A stretch of DNA of 64,000 nt. It comes from Podarcis muralis. Taxonomy: Eukaryota. Shown here piece by piece: positions 39,565 to 49,625 of the stretch. Location: NCBI RefSeq assembly GCF_964188315.1, contig NC_135660.1:66588001-66652000 (forward strand), given 5' to 3'. A program made the translations under genes and the position numbers. Within the stretch, counting starts at the first letter, position 1; each line of letters starts with the position of its first letter. A model generated the notes under the pieces. The model was given only the letters and a program-made list of their open reading frames with translations. It was not told where the DNA came from and ran no database searches.

Positions 39565-40153
39565 TAATTTAATGTCTTTAAAAAGCAGGAAGAATAAAGT
39601 AACAGGATCCCGCACTAAATTATGACCAAGAAATATTTATAATGAAAAAGCAGCTTTCACACGGCCATTTCTTTTGGAAAGCTGGAGCTTCTGACAGCAG
39701 AAATTGAAATTCTAATGCAGCATGTACAAGCAGTTGCTCCATAAGCGAGGCTCATAAAACTATGGGTTTATGCAAACTTAAACTGAAATATAGATGTTGC
39801 TACTTTGGCAAACAATTCTGTTGAGTGTTTATTTCAATCTTTGGGGGAATTTAAAGGATTCACCAATCTAATTTTGTAACTCACAAATCTAGGAGCCAAG
39901 GCATAGCTCTGTAATTATGTACATTTGCAAAGCAATTATATTTGTTAGTACTGTACATTTTAAATGTGAACAAGTTCCTGCTGTAACGTCTGCAGATATA
40001 TGCAAATGAAAGAGAATGAACATTATAAAACTGTAGGGAAAAGAAGAGTTTTTCTCTTGGGTGCCTCTGCTTCTGCAAGAATACATTTGGGTCTCTGTTT
40101 AATGGTACTATACAGCCAATTAAGTTAGAAGATAGGAATTTTTTAACTCTTAC

Positions 40154-40378
40154 CCTTATTCTCACAGTGACAGTAGCAAGGCCTGGAGGCATTGTTCCCC
40201 CAATATCGAAGGCTTCCACTAAAAAAGTGAATGCTGCATCTGGGTCAGGAAATGACTCAAAATCCAAGGACTTTATAAGTGACAGGTCCCCGTTAAATCT
40301 GTTCAGCGAAAAATACTGCAACGCTTCCCGGGTTCGTATTCCATAGGTAATATTGGCTCCAAGGTCAATATCCTTAGC
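40154..40378 (-). CDS. PCDH15: PCDH15 exon (about 20), 225 bp: [75 protein letters not shown]
   Basis: ctag|GCTAAG acceptor, AGG|gtaaga donor. Confidence 0.96.
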
Positions 40379-41830
40379 CTAGAAGACATAAAGAACTTTA
40401 TTTTGGCTTCCAGCAAAGACAGTATACACAGATTTCATTTAAAAACACCACCACCACCACTTTGGAGGCCAAAAATTATTATTGCTTAATTTAATCTGAG
40501 TAATTACGTTTCCCCAAATTGTTTTTTTCTTAAAAATATATTAAAAAATCCGTTGACACAATATATTGGATCCAATAAATCCTAACACAGGCACTTCTGT
40601 TCTTCTGAACTCCAGACTGTAGGCACAATACCTCCATGAAAACACAGACCCACAGAGACAGACGCAGAGACAGAAGAAGCTCTTTTCTCTGCCCCACACA
40701 CCTTGGTGTGCATTGTCCTTTACCTGGAATAGGAGGCTGATATGCCTACATATATAGTGCTTTCTTCCCTCCCCAGGATCCTGAGAATTAAATTACTCCT
40801 ATGCCACTGAACCATATTTCAATTGCTCACTGTGCAGCTATATAGGAGGAGGTCAGCTATTTTGCCCTGTGTTTATAAGGCCACTGCATTCTCCCCCCCC
40901 TTCAGTTTTGTGACTTGGCATGAAAAATGGGATAGGAGGTAGGGAGAAAGCATCTTGCACTGGATTACAGGCAACCTGTTTGTACTGCAAGAGTCTGAAG
41001 ATGCACATAGATCTCTACTGGCTGCAACAGCTTTCTCAGCCATTTCATGACCACATGTGAATTTCTTGGCACACCAAGATCTTCTTTCTCCTTTGGACAA
41101 ATGGGTTTGTGCACATCTTGAACAAATCCCGGAGTACCTTCAGACCCCCAAATTATAATGCATATGCTTTCTCTTGCTAGTATAAAAGTTTTGCTTTACA
41201 ATCATGAAAATAGTAAGGAAGCTAAAACAAGTTGCTGAATTTCAAGAAGTCTTCAAGGTGCAATCAGGGGTAGGGAACCTCCAGCTGTTTCTGGATTGTG
41301 TCATTCTAACAATTAGACATGTTGTTGGGGGCTGTGGGTAAGTTGAAATTCAACAGTGTTTGGAGGGCCACAGGTTCCCTTTTCCTGTAGTTTACTGTAT
41401 CTGCACCATAAGAAAGGAGTTAGATTCTATTAAGAAGACTTTATTAAATTCAAGGAGATGCTGAGATTAATAAGGAGTCATAATTCAGGAATTCAATTTT
41501 TTAAAGTACCATTTTGGGGTGGGGAAGAAGATCTAATGGTGCCTCAAGATATTTTAGTATTAATCTAATTTCAAATATTGATGATCTTTCTTTTAATTAA
41601 TTTATTATGAAGACTGCCAGTGTTATAGACTGCCTTTTGTAGGTTAAAAACTTAATATAAATCCCAGAAATAAATGATTAGAAGTTTTATTTTTTTGTTC
41701 CCTACTCTCTCAACTAATTTTAATTTTTTCTTTTAAGAGATCGCCAACTAGGTGGACTGGTTTTGATGCAATACGATTAAGATATATTCTTCTTCACAGA
41801 GAATATTCAGGAAACTCATGGCTCTCTTAC

Positions 41831-42136
41831 CTCTAAACGTAAGAAGACAGTGCCTGGGGGCAGGTTTTCAGGAATAGTCACTGTATAGGAGGCATTCGTG
41901 AACACAGGGCTGTTGTCATCAATATCCAGAACTTTGATTCCCAGAGTTAACGTTGTACGGCGGGCATCCACAGCTCCATCTGTTGCTTCAACAATGAGTT
42001 CATAATAGTCCCTGTTTTCTCTATTTAGCTTCACTGAAGTGTAAATACTGCCATTGGATGTTATGCGGAAAAGATTGTTGAAGTTTGCCAAACTGTAACG
42101 GACTTGACCATTTACTCCAGCATCTGGGTCAGTAGC
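41831..42136 (-). CDS. PCDH15: PCDH15 exon (about 19), 306 bp: [33 protein letters not shown]...[32 protein letters not shown]
   Basis: ttag|GCTACT acceptor, GAG|gtaaga donor; overlaps ORF 41816-42091. Confidence 0.97.
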
Positions 42137-43294
42137 CTAAAAGATAAGGGAGGGGAAGAAACATGAAATCAGGAGTTTGTAGCACAAATAGACCCTTTTC
42201 AGGTTAATGGAAGGAATTCAGATTCTTTGATATCAGATTCATAGCCCCACAACCCTAAGAAAGCATGGGCATCCAGGGCCACTAATCCAAACCTCCTTGA
42301 CAGAAATCCAGCTTCAAGAAAGCAAGGTCCCTGAAGGTTGTGGGAAGGTGCAAAAATAAGCCTACATAGCTGCCTGGGGTTGCTCTAAAACTGGATGCAG
42401 GAATGCTAAATTCAAGTAGGGACCAGGAATTAAGAAGGCGGCTAGGAAGTCCACACCTGCAACGAATAGTTAAGCAGTAAGGATAAATAAACAGTAGCCG
42501 GTACAATACTCCATACAGACCCATTTCCCAAAGTCTACACTTTTTCCCCGAATCTCTTGAATTATATCTATAACGAAAAGAAAGAAACTCTGCTTGCTTC
42601 CACTTTCTGTTGGGTGTTACTAGTTGCCAGGGTGAATGAAATCCTCGACTCTGTTCCTTTGGTCACTTGCTGCCAGTCCTACTTGGACCCACATCCAGCC
42701 CTGCTCCATTACTCCATTAGAACCATGGAAGAGGAACAGAACTCAGAATATCAGCAGATGTGACACCATACCTCCTCTTCTCTTTACCTTAAATAAATCA
42801 AGGCCTAAGTAACTTGGCTGCATAAGAGAAGGGAATGCCTGCTTGTGTAAGGCAATTTCATTTGTGCACATTTCTAAGAGCCTGCAGATAACACCCCATA
42901 AGTTGTTACATAACATAAAAGTCCCTGGTTATCAGCACTACTGTCAGGAAGTTTCCAAAGACATTTAATATCCTGCCATGGTGCTCAGTGGGAGGCATAA
43001 TAATGAAACCATTTATCTTCATGGAAATCAATTAAAAGTTAATTAAAATGGTTAATAAAAATCACACACTTGTTTCTCTTTTGTACTACATCAACACAAT
43101 AAACATTGGTGGTTTCAGCTTTATTTGTGTCTCAGGTTAACACATCCTTGCAAACAACACCTTATCAAAGGTGCCTATGTGGTGCCTACGGTGGCTTCTG
43201 CAATATAAGTGTTAATGTTTAGAGAGTTGAAAGAAGCTGCTTTCACTGGGATGGGGGGCTCAGGTACAATAGTAGCATATGCTGCACAGGTTAC

Positions 43295-43368
43295 ATTTTT
43301 GCCTGATAGGCTGCTGCTAGAGGAATAGGATATTTTTGCCTGATAGGCTGCTGCTAGAGGAATAGGAT
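43295..43368. repeat. Perfect 37-bp tandem duplication
   Basis: atttttgcctgataggctgctgctagaggaataggat x2. Confidence 0.95.
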
Positions 43369-43833
43369 CTGTGCCCCAAGATTACTATTTTAGACACACA
43401 TTCAGCAGGTGCAACATTTACTACTAGACTATCTGCTTCTCCATCCAACATCTACAGCAGTGTTTCCCAAACGTTTTTGGGCAACGGCACACCTGTTTAC
43501 CGGAAAAAAATCTCGCGGCACACCACCATTAAAGCCCCGCCCCGTGACGTCAGCGCGCAGCGTCACGCCGGGAGGGACGCACAAAAGTGAAAGTTTTTTC
43601 CCTTCCCCTTGCCGGGGTGGGAGGAGGCAGCAGAGCGAGGGACTGAGGGACGGCGGCAGCTGAGGCGGCGGCGATAGCGGGCGGAGGAGGAGCCGTTGCC
43701 GGGAGTTGCTGCTGCTGCTGTTGCTGCTGCTGCCCGGACATGCCGGCCTCCTCCTCCTCCGCTGTCTCGCAAGCAACCCACCCTCCCCCCGCTTCCCCAG
43801 ACCGTCTCCCCCCCCCACCGCCGTGTCCCCTAC

Positions 43834-43961
43834 CTGTGCTGCAGCCCCACTAGCCCCAGCGTGATCACATGGGGCACGTCCAGCTCCGTGGGCCACAGGC
43901 CGGAGGCGATGCACCCGAACACGCCGCACTCCTCCCGAATCCCCAGCTCCTCGAATTCCAT
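43834..43961 (-). pseudogene. PPAT: Captured PPAT (amidophosphoribosyltransferase) coding exon 1 inside the hAT element: [42 protein letters not shown](R)
   Basis: ggcaccATGG Kozak; 128 nt coding; CAG|gtaggg donor. Near-identical to the recalled vertebrate PPAT N-terminus ([43 protein letters not shown]), including the 11-aa propeptide and catalytic Cys12. Below the ORF-track length cutoff. No further PPAT exons are present. Confidence 0.95.
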
Positions 43962-44400
43962 GGTGCCCGAGCGAACACGTGTTGTTGTCAGCGCAGCTGC
44001 TTCTGTTATTGCCGCTGCTGCCTCCTGCCGCCGCCGCCGCCTGGGTTTGAGGGGGGGGGCGGAGGAGGAGGAGAAGGAGGCGGCGGCCTCAGAGGCGCGA
44101 GTTCCTCTCCGCGCCCACCCCTTGCGCCCGCCTCATTTACATGCATACATTACGAAGGGGCGAAATTCCCCGCCTCGGGGCTGCTCCGCGTGGTGGAGTT
44201 GGTTTCCCCACCCCAGAGGAGCAGAGCAAGAGAGGTCGCCTTCGGGGCGGGGGGGGGCTACTTTGTATCTGCCTTTGGACACAAGTTAGCTCCCGCTCGC
44301 TCTTTCTCTCTCCCCACAAGTTAACTTTGTTTCCCTCTCTCTTTCTCTCCGCGCGCGCGCTTCTGAGAGCGAGTTTTGCCCAGTGGCTCCGAGAGTGTAA
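43962..44400. promoter_or_regulatory. Captured CpG-island sequence upstream of PPAT: probable PPAT 5'UTR and PPAT/PAICS bidirectional promoter
   Basis: Directly 5' of the PPAT ATG; dense CpG, GC-box-like cccgcc/ccccgcc motifs and a (CG)n run at 44350-44360. PPAT and PAICS are known to be head-to-head in chicken and mammals. Confidence 0.7.
44383..44396 (+). pseudogene. Possible degenerate PAICS first coding exon (GTG GCT CCG A GAG T|gtaaac)
   Basis: Position and orientation fit PAICS. It resembles an MAP(A)E-type start plus GT donor, but has GTG rather than ATG and is 14 nt rather than the about 16 nt I recall. Speculative. Confidence 0.25.
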
Positions 44401-44996
44401 ACGGCTGGCTGAAGTGCTGAGGAGACCGCGAAGGGCGGAGGGAGCTGGGCTTTGCGCGCGACGGAAGGGGTTATTCCCCCCCCCTTATGGAAACGGGGTT
44501 TGAGGGAATAAGGGGTAGGGAGGAGACTTCGGTTTTTGCGCGACTGAGCAGGGGAAGGGGGCGTCGGCGGGCGCTCGCCTCAGATTGGAGAAACGCTACC
44601 AAAGGGTTGTGAGCGGGGGGGGGGTGTTAAAAACATCCCTCCCTCCGTGGGTGGAGGAAAGGGGGCTGGGAGGCAGGATGTGGCCCCGGCGGAGAGTTTT
44701 AGGTGGCCCAACCCCTTCCCTTTCCCAATGAGGTGGAAGCATTGGCGGGTTTCTGCAACCGCGCCCCGCCCCCTTCCGCCGTCCGTGCCCCCCCCCTCCC
44801 TTCGTACGCAGCCCCAAAAGTGCCTCCGGACTCCGAACGCGCTTCTTTTTCGGGTCGCTTCCCTCTCGCGCGCTGCTCACTTGGTTTTGTTCTCTCCTAG
44901 GCGCCCGACTCGCCCGCCTCCCTCCCACGGCACACCAGCCGGTGTCTCACGGCACACTAGTGTGCCGCGGAACACCGGTTGGGAAACACTGATCTA

Positions 44997-45352
44997 CAGT
45001 GGTACCTCGCAAGACGAATGCCTCGCAAGACAAAAAACTCGCTAGACGAAAGGTTTTTTTGTTTTTTGAGCTGCTTTGCAAGACGATTTTCCCTATGGGC
45101 TTGCTTCGCAAAACGGAAACGTCTTGCAAGTTTGTTTCCTTTTTCTTAACACCGTTAATACAGTTGCGACTTGACTTCGAGGAGCAACTCATAGCACGCG
45201 GTGTGGTAGCCTTTTTTTGAGGTTTTTAAAGACTTTGGTGATTTTTGAAGCTTTTCCAAAACTTTCCCGACACCGTGCTTCGCAAGACGAAAAAAATCGC
45301 AAGACGACAAAACTCGCGGAACGAATTAATTTCGTCTTGCGAGGCACCACTG
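44997..45352. mobile_element. Tigger/pogo-type (Tc1-mariner) MITE
   Basis: TIRs cagtggtacctcgcaagacgaa / ttcgtcttgcgaggcaccactg; TA on both flanks; internal gcaagacg repeats. Confidence 0.9.
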
Positions 45353-46500
45353 TATTAGATTTCTGCCCTCCTTAAGAGTAACCTGTCATCAGGGGCAAAA
45401 AATAGCAATCCTAGTAGGTATTTGGATATGGTAGCAACACATATAAACAGGGTCTTGTCATAAAAGTGTATATAATATGGCGGATCTCTGTTATTCTCAT
45501 TTCACAGATGGGGAAATGTGTTCTCTTGTCTTCAAAACACCACCTGCTGTTGCCATTTCTGAAGGGGGAGACAGGGAAGGAGGGGGGAAGGCCATTTGGC
45601 TCAGTGCAGTCTCAGGGCCAGAGAGAATTTAATGATCTCAGCACTGTGGCTGCCCATGTCAAGCTCCCTTCCTCGCACCTCTCCCTCTTGATAATCAGCA
45701 GCAAGGTGTGGTGTTGGGATGCTGGGAGAGCAACACAGTTCCAACCACGCAGCCCTGCCAGCTGCTACTGGGTAAGTATGTTTGTGATGCACAGATCGAT
45801 TGGAAATCTAGGCCAGGCCTCCCAAGACTGGCTGCACTGGAGTTTTGCAATAAAAGTTGCTAACGGTAGCTAGTCATAGAGAGTACAAATTAAAAACATT
45901 TTTTAAAAACCTTGTTGCAAAATATTGCTTTCTTTTTTTTAAGCCAGAATGCATTGTGGGGATTTTAGCTGAGGGAGTAGTGACAGAACACTATATCTTC
46001 AAAGCCTTAATCCATGGAGCCAATGTGTGTGCTCAGATAGTTTTGCTTTAAACAAGGGCCACATGAAAGCAATTAAACAGCTGCTAACTGGATTACAACC
46101 AACACCCATTAAGACAATAGTAAATTAAAAAAGATTTATCGCTGTCTAAAATTCAACAGCCAAGTTAAGTTGTATAAACATGTAGCTCTTAATTTATCAG
46201 GGGAGCAGAAAGCGGAAATGCCCCCAAGTAACAAGAGAATTTTTATTTGTTAAAAGAACACTGCCACTGCCACACACAAAAAGCATTATTATTATTGCCA
46301 TTTTCTTCATTTGAAAAGTTCAAAGCGATTTTTGCTCCAATAAGCCCTCACGAAAAGCCTATAAAAGTAAATGAAGGTTTGGAAGAAGCCTATGACCCTA
46401 TTACTACACTACATATCCTGAATTAGCTGAAAGAAAGAAAATCAAGACTCATGCTCAAGGGAGGAGATAAAAATATAGGAACATCAGAGTTGGGAAATGC

Positions 46501-46650
46501 CATAGTGGTAGAGCATCTGTTTTACCTGCTCCCAGGTTCCACCCTTGGCATCTCTAGGTAGGACTGGGAGAGACCACTCTGAAACCCTGGAGTGCCGCCA
46601 TCAATCAGTATAGACAATACTGAACTAAATGGACCAATTGACTGACTTCA
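46501..46650 (+). mobile_element. tRNA SINE (Squam2-like)
   Basis: agtggtagagcatctg head, caggttcc B-box, ctgaaaccctggag core. Confidence 0.65.
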
Positions 46651-46689
46651 GATAAGTCTGTTTCCTATATTCCCAATTGCCTTGCTGGG

Positions 46690-47350
46690 CCCATCAAGTC
46701 TAGCTCACTGTTTGCCTTGCTGGAAGAGAAGAGAAGGTACAGCAACTTGAGGCCCACCTACCCACACTTGGCGCTAATGGGCAAGATGAGGAACTTCTTG
46801 GTAGACCAGAGTGGGCGGTACTGGAACAGAATGCAGGTGGGGTGCCCTTAGGGGGAAGGGAGATTGCCAGTGCAGGAGATGAATTCCCGAAAGAACGTGA
46901 CATAAAAAAGCATGCTGCTGTAAAATCAATTCCATTCCATCCCCTTGGACACTGATTCTCTGCCAGAGAAGAAACAGTAGTTTCAGACCTCAGAACAAAC
47001 TGGAGTGGCAATAGAAGGAAGATACCGTGCACAGAACAATTCCTGCCACTACCAAGAAAAGGAAGAGACATCTGGTAGTGGAATGTGACTCCCTTTGGAG
47101 AGGGATGGAGGAAGCTGTGTGTGGAAGGATAACTTAGGGTTTAAGTTGTCTCTATATTAATGCACAGTGTATGTGCATTAAGCAAGAAGAATTTGAGTTC
47201 TTAATACAGAAAGACAAATATGACCTAACAGACATTACTGAAACCTGGTGGGATGAGACTCATGAATGGAATGTAGAAATTGAAGGGTATAAACTATTCA
47301 AAAGGAGTAGATTAAACAGGAAGGGAGGAGTAGCAGCATTATATGCAGAA
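46690..47350 (+). mobile_element. CR1 LINE internal fragments (ORF1 and the start of the ORF2 AP-endonuclease)
   Basis: LLEEK..VQQLE and VV.(C)DSL.RG.E resemble CR1 ORF1; KQEEFEFLIQKDKYDLTDITETWWDETHEWNVEIEGYKLF is CR1 endonuclease. Confidence 0.8.
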
Positions 47351-48399
47351 GATGAGAAGAGATCCATGATATTGAGCATGAAAGACAGATTGAGATCATA
47401 CACCATCAATGCAGCCAGATTTCGCAGGCCACTGTCCATAATGGCTACAGATCAGTATCATTAAAGTAATATCTATTCACAGAATTCTCACATAAGAGAA
47501 CAGATAAATGCTGCTAATATTTATCTACACCTATCTGGAGGCGGGCTTGTTTATATTCAATGCTGAATCAATACATTGTCTGTTTAGAATGAAACTCTGC
47601 ATAAATATGAATTAGGGTTCTTCCCCCCTTTTTTTCTAGAAGCAAAAACTTAAATTTATTCTCTGCCAACAGCTGCATCTTGTCAATGACTGTAACAAAG
47701 GAAGAGGGTGATGATATGTGCTGTTGGGGCTGTACTTTCATTATACACAATCAGAATTGTAACAAGCCAGTTCTTTTGAAGTTTCTACAGTATTTGCTAC
47801 TGCCTGATCTATTTGACTATCATTTTTTGTAATGTACATAGTGTAATACCTTGGATTCAGAGGCAAGGCATGAGGAATTTTCACAGCATGAAAAACAAAC
47901 TGCAGCAAAGCACAAAAATTTAAAATAAAATGACCTTACACTAAGCAGATACTAAGCAAACAGAGATACCTAGAGAGATGCAGCAGTATGATTCTGAAAA
48001 TTTACTGAAGTTCTCCTTTCTTAAAGCTCTGGAATTTAATATTTGGAGCAAAAATGTGCCAGGAAGTTTGAATGCAGAAAAAATCTTCAGGTTTATTAGT
48101 TTAAAGTATTTGTGGAATGCTCTCCTTGGTGAGGCTCGCCTGGCTCCTTTATTACATATCTTTAGATGCCAGGCAAAAAAATTCCTTTTCTCCCACACCT
48201 TTGACTAATTTAATGATCTATGGACTTTTAAACTGTGGGTGGGTGCATGGGGTATATAGTTTTTAGTTTTTATTATGGTATATTTTTGTGTTTTTATCTT
48301 GTAAACTGCCGTAATCCTTGGATGAAGGGCGGGATAGAGATTTAATAAATAGCAATAATATATAATTAGAATTATAGATTGAAGTCTGCTATCTCTATA

Positions 48400-48649
48400 C
48401 AGTCGTACCTTGGATCCTGAACACCTTGGTACTCAGACATTTTGGCTCCCAAATGCCGCAAACCCGGAAGTGAGTGCTCCGGTTTGTGAACGTTCTTCTG
48501 AACCCAAACGTTTGACAGGGCTTCTGTGGCTTCCGATTGGCTGCAGGAGCTTCCTGCAGCCAATCAGAAGCTGCATTTTGGTTTCTGAACCTTTTGGAAG
48601 TTGAACGGACTTCTGGAATGGATTCCGTTTGACTTCCAAGGTACAACTG
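48400..48649. mobile_element. Tigger-type MITE
   Basis: TA-cagtcgtaccttgga...tccaaggtacaactg-TA. Confidence 0.87.
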
Positions 48650-49420
48650 TATACTTGTAAACCAGACATGTGTGTGACCACATATTTTAACAGGAACCTG
48701 AATGTGTGCCAACTAGTCATTTCCATGATGCTGATAACCAAATACTAATATTAAATTGCCACTGTCCTACAGTCTGCACCTTCTCCATTATCCTAATTGG
48801 AATAACTGACTCCATTCTAAACATATCTGTTTTGCCCTAAAGGCTAATGGAATGACATTTAGTTCTTCCACAAAGTTTAAAATATAGAATTCAAACCTAT
48901 TCACAGGAATTACAAGAATAACACTTGCATTCCTTTACAGGGGAACTATATGGAGGCCTCAGTTAAACCAAGAAGCCCAGTCCAGAAAACTGTGGGTGCA
49001 GAAAGCTACACATCCACTGCTGCACTTATCTTTTTGAAATGTCGCTCATGTAGCAAGGACCAGGCAATTTCCATCATGCTAACATAAATCACCCACAAAA
49101 TTCTGATGAGGCATGGTGCTGTAAAAATTACTGGATCCAAAGTAACGGCCAACTGCAAACTAGTGTGTAGTACAGAAATCATGTTCTCTAAAGTGCCGGT
49201 GATGTTTTCTTAAACTGGACTTTCCTTGAATAAATCTCTGTGTCAACAGGAGAACTCAATGAATCAGGCACTTATCCAGTTTTCTGTTTAATTAGCTTTT
49301 CTTTTAAAGCCATTTGATCAAAGCTGCAGATTTTTAAATAGTGATGTGGAATTAAATATTTAATGAAACCTTTCAACTAGTGGAAAAAACACACATTTGA
49401 ATGGGAAGATCATAATTTAA

Positions 49421-49625
49421 TTATTATTTAATAGATTTATATCTCACCATTCCTCTAAAGCGTACATGGTTCTCCTCCTCCTCAACAACCTCAACAACAA
49501 CCCTGTGTGATAGGTTAGGCTGAGAGTGAGTGACTGGCTCAAGGTCACCCGGTGAGCTTTTTGGCCAAATGGGGATTTGAACCTTGATCTCCCACGTCCT
49601 AGTCCAAAACTCTAACCCCTATGTC
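49421..49625 (-). mobile_element. MIR/Squam3-like SINE
   Basis: ggctcaaggtcacccgg core; gatttgaacc is a reversed B-box. Confidence 0.7.

Larger units (their letters stand above)
43458..44991. mobile_element. Non-autonomous hAT DNA transposon (1534 bp) carrying captured host DNA (Pack-hAT)
   Basis: TIRs cagtgtttcccaa / ttgggaaacactg; perfect 8-bp TSD atctacag (43450-43457 and 44992-44999); repeated subterminal ggcacac motifs at both ends; no transposase ORF; GC/CpG-rich interior. Confidence 0.93.

Noticed and set aside
43700-43735. (CTG/CAG)n tract suggesting a polyQ gene
   Set aside because: Lies after the PPAT donor (captured intron or element interior) with no supported reading frame.
43429-44928. 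Many long overlapping ORFs (e.g. 197 aa at 43696-44289, 166 aa at 43429-43929)
   Set aside because: Stop-poor frames caused by high GC. The real coding signal is the 43-codon PPAT exon, which the track missed.
43458-44991. Native PPAT gene or processed pseudogene at this position
   Set aside because: Only exon 1 is present, with intronic and upstream DNA, no poly(A), bounded by TIRs and an 8-bp TSD; no PPAT exon 2 is found downstream.
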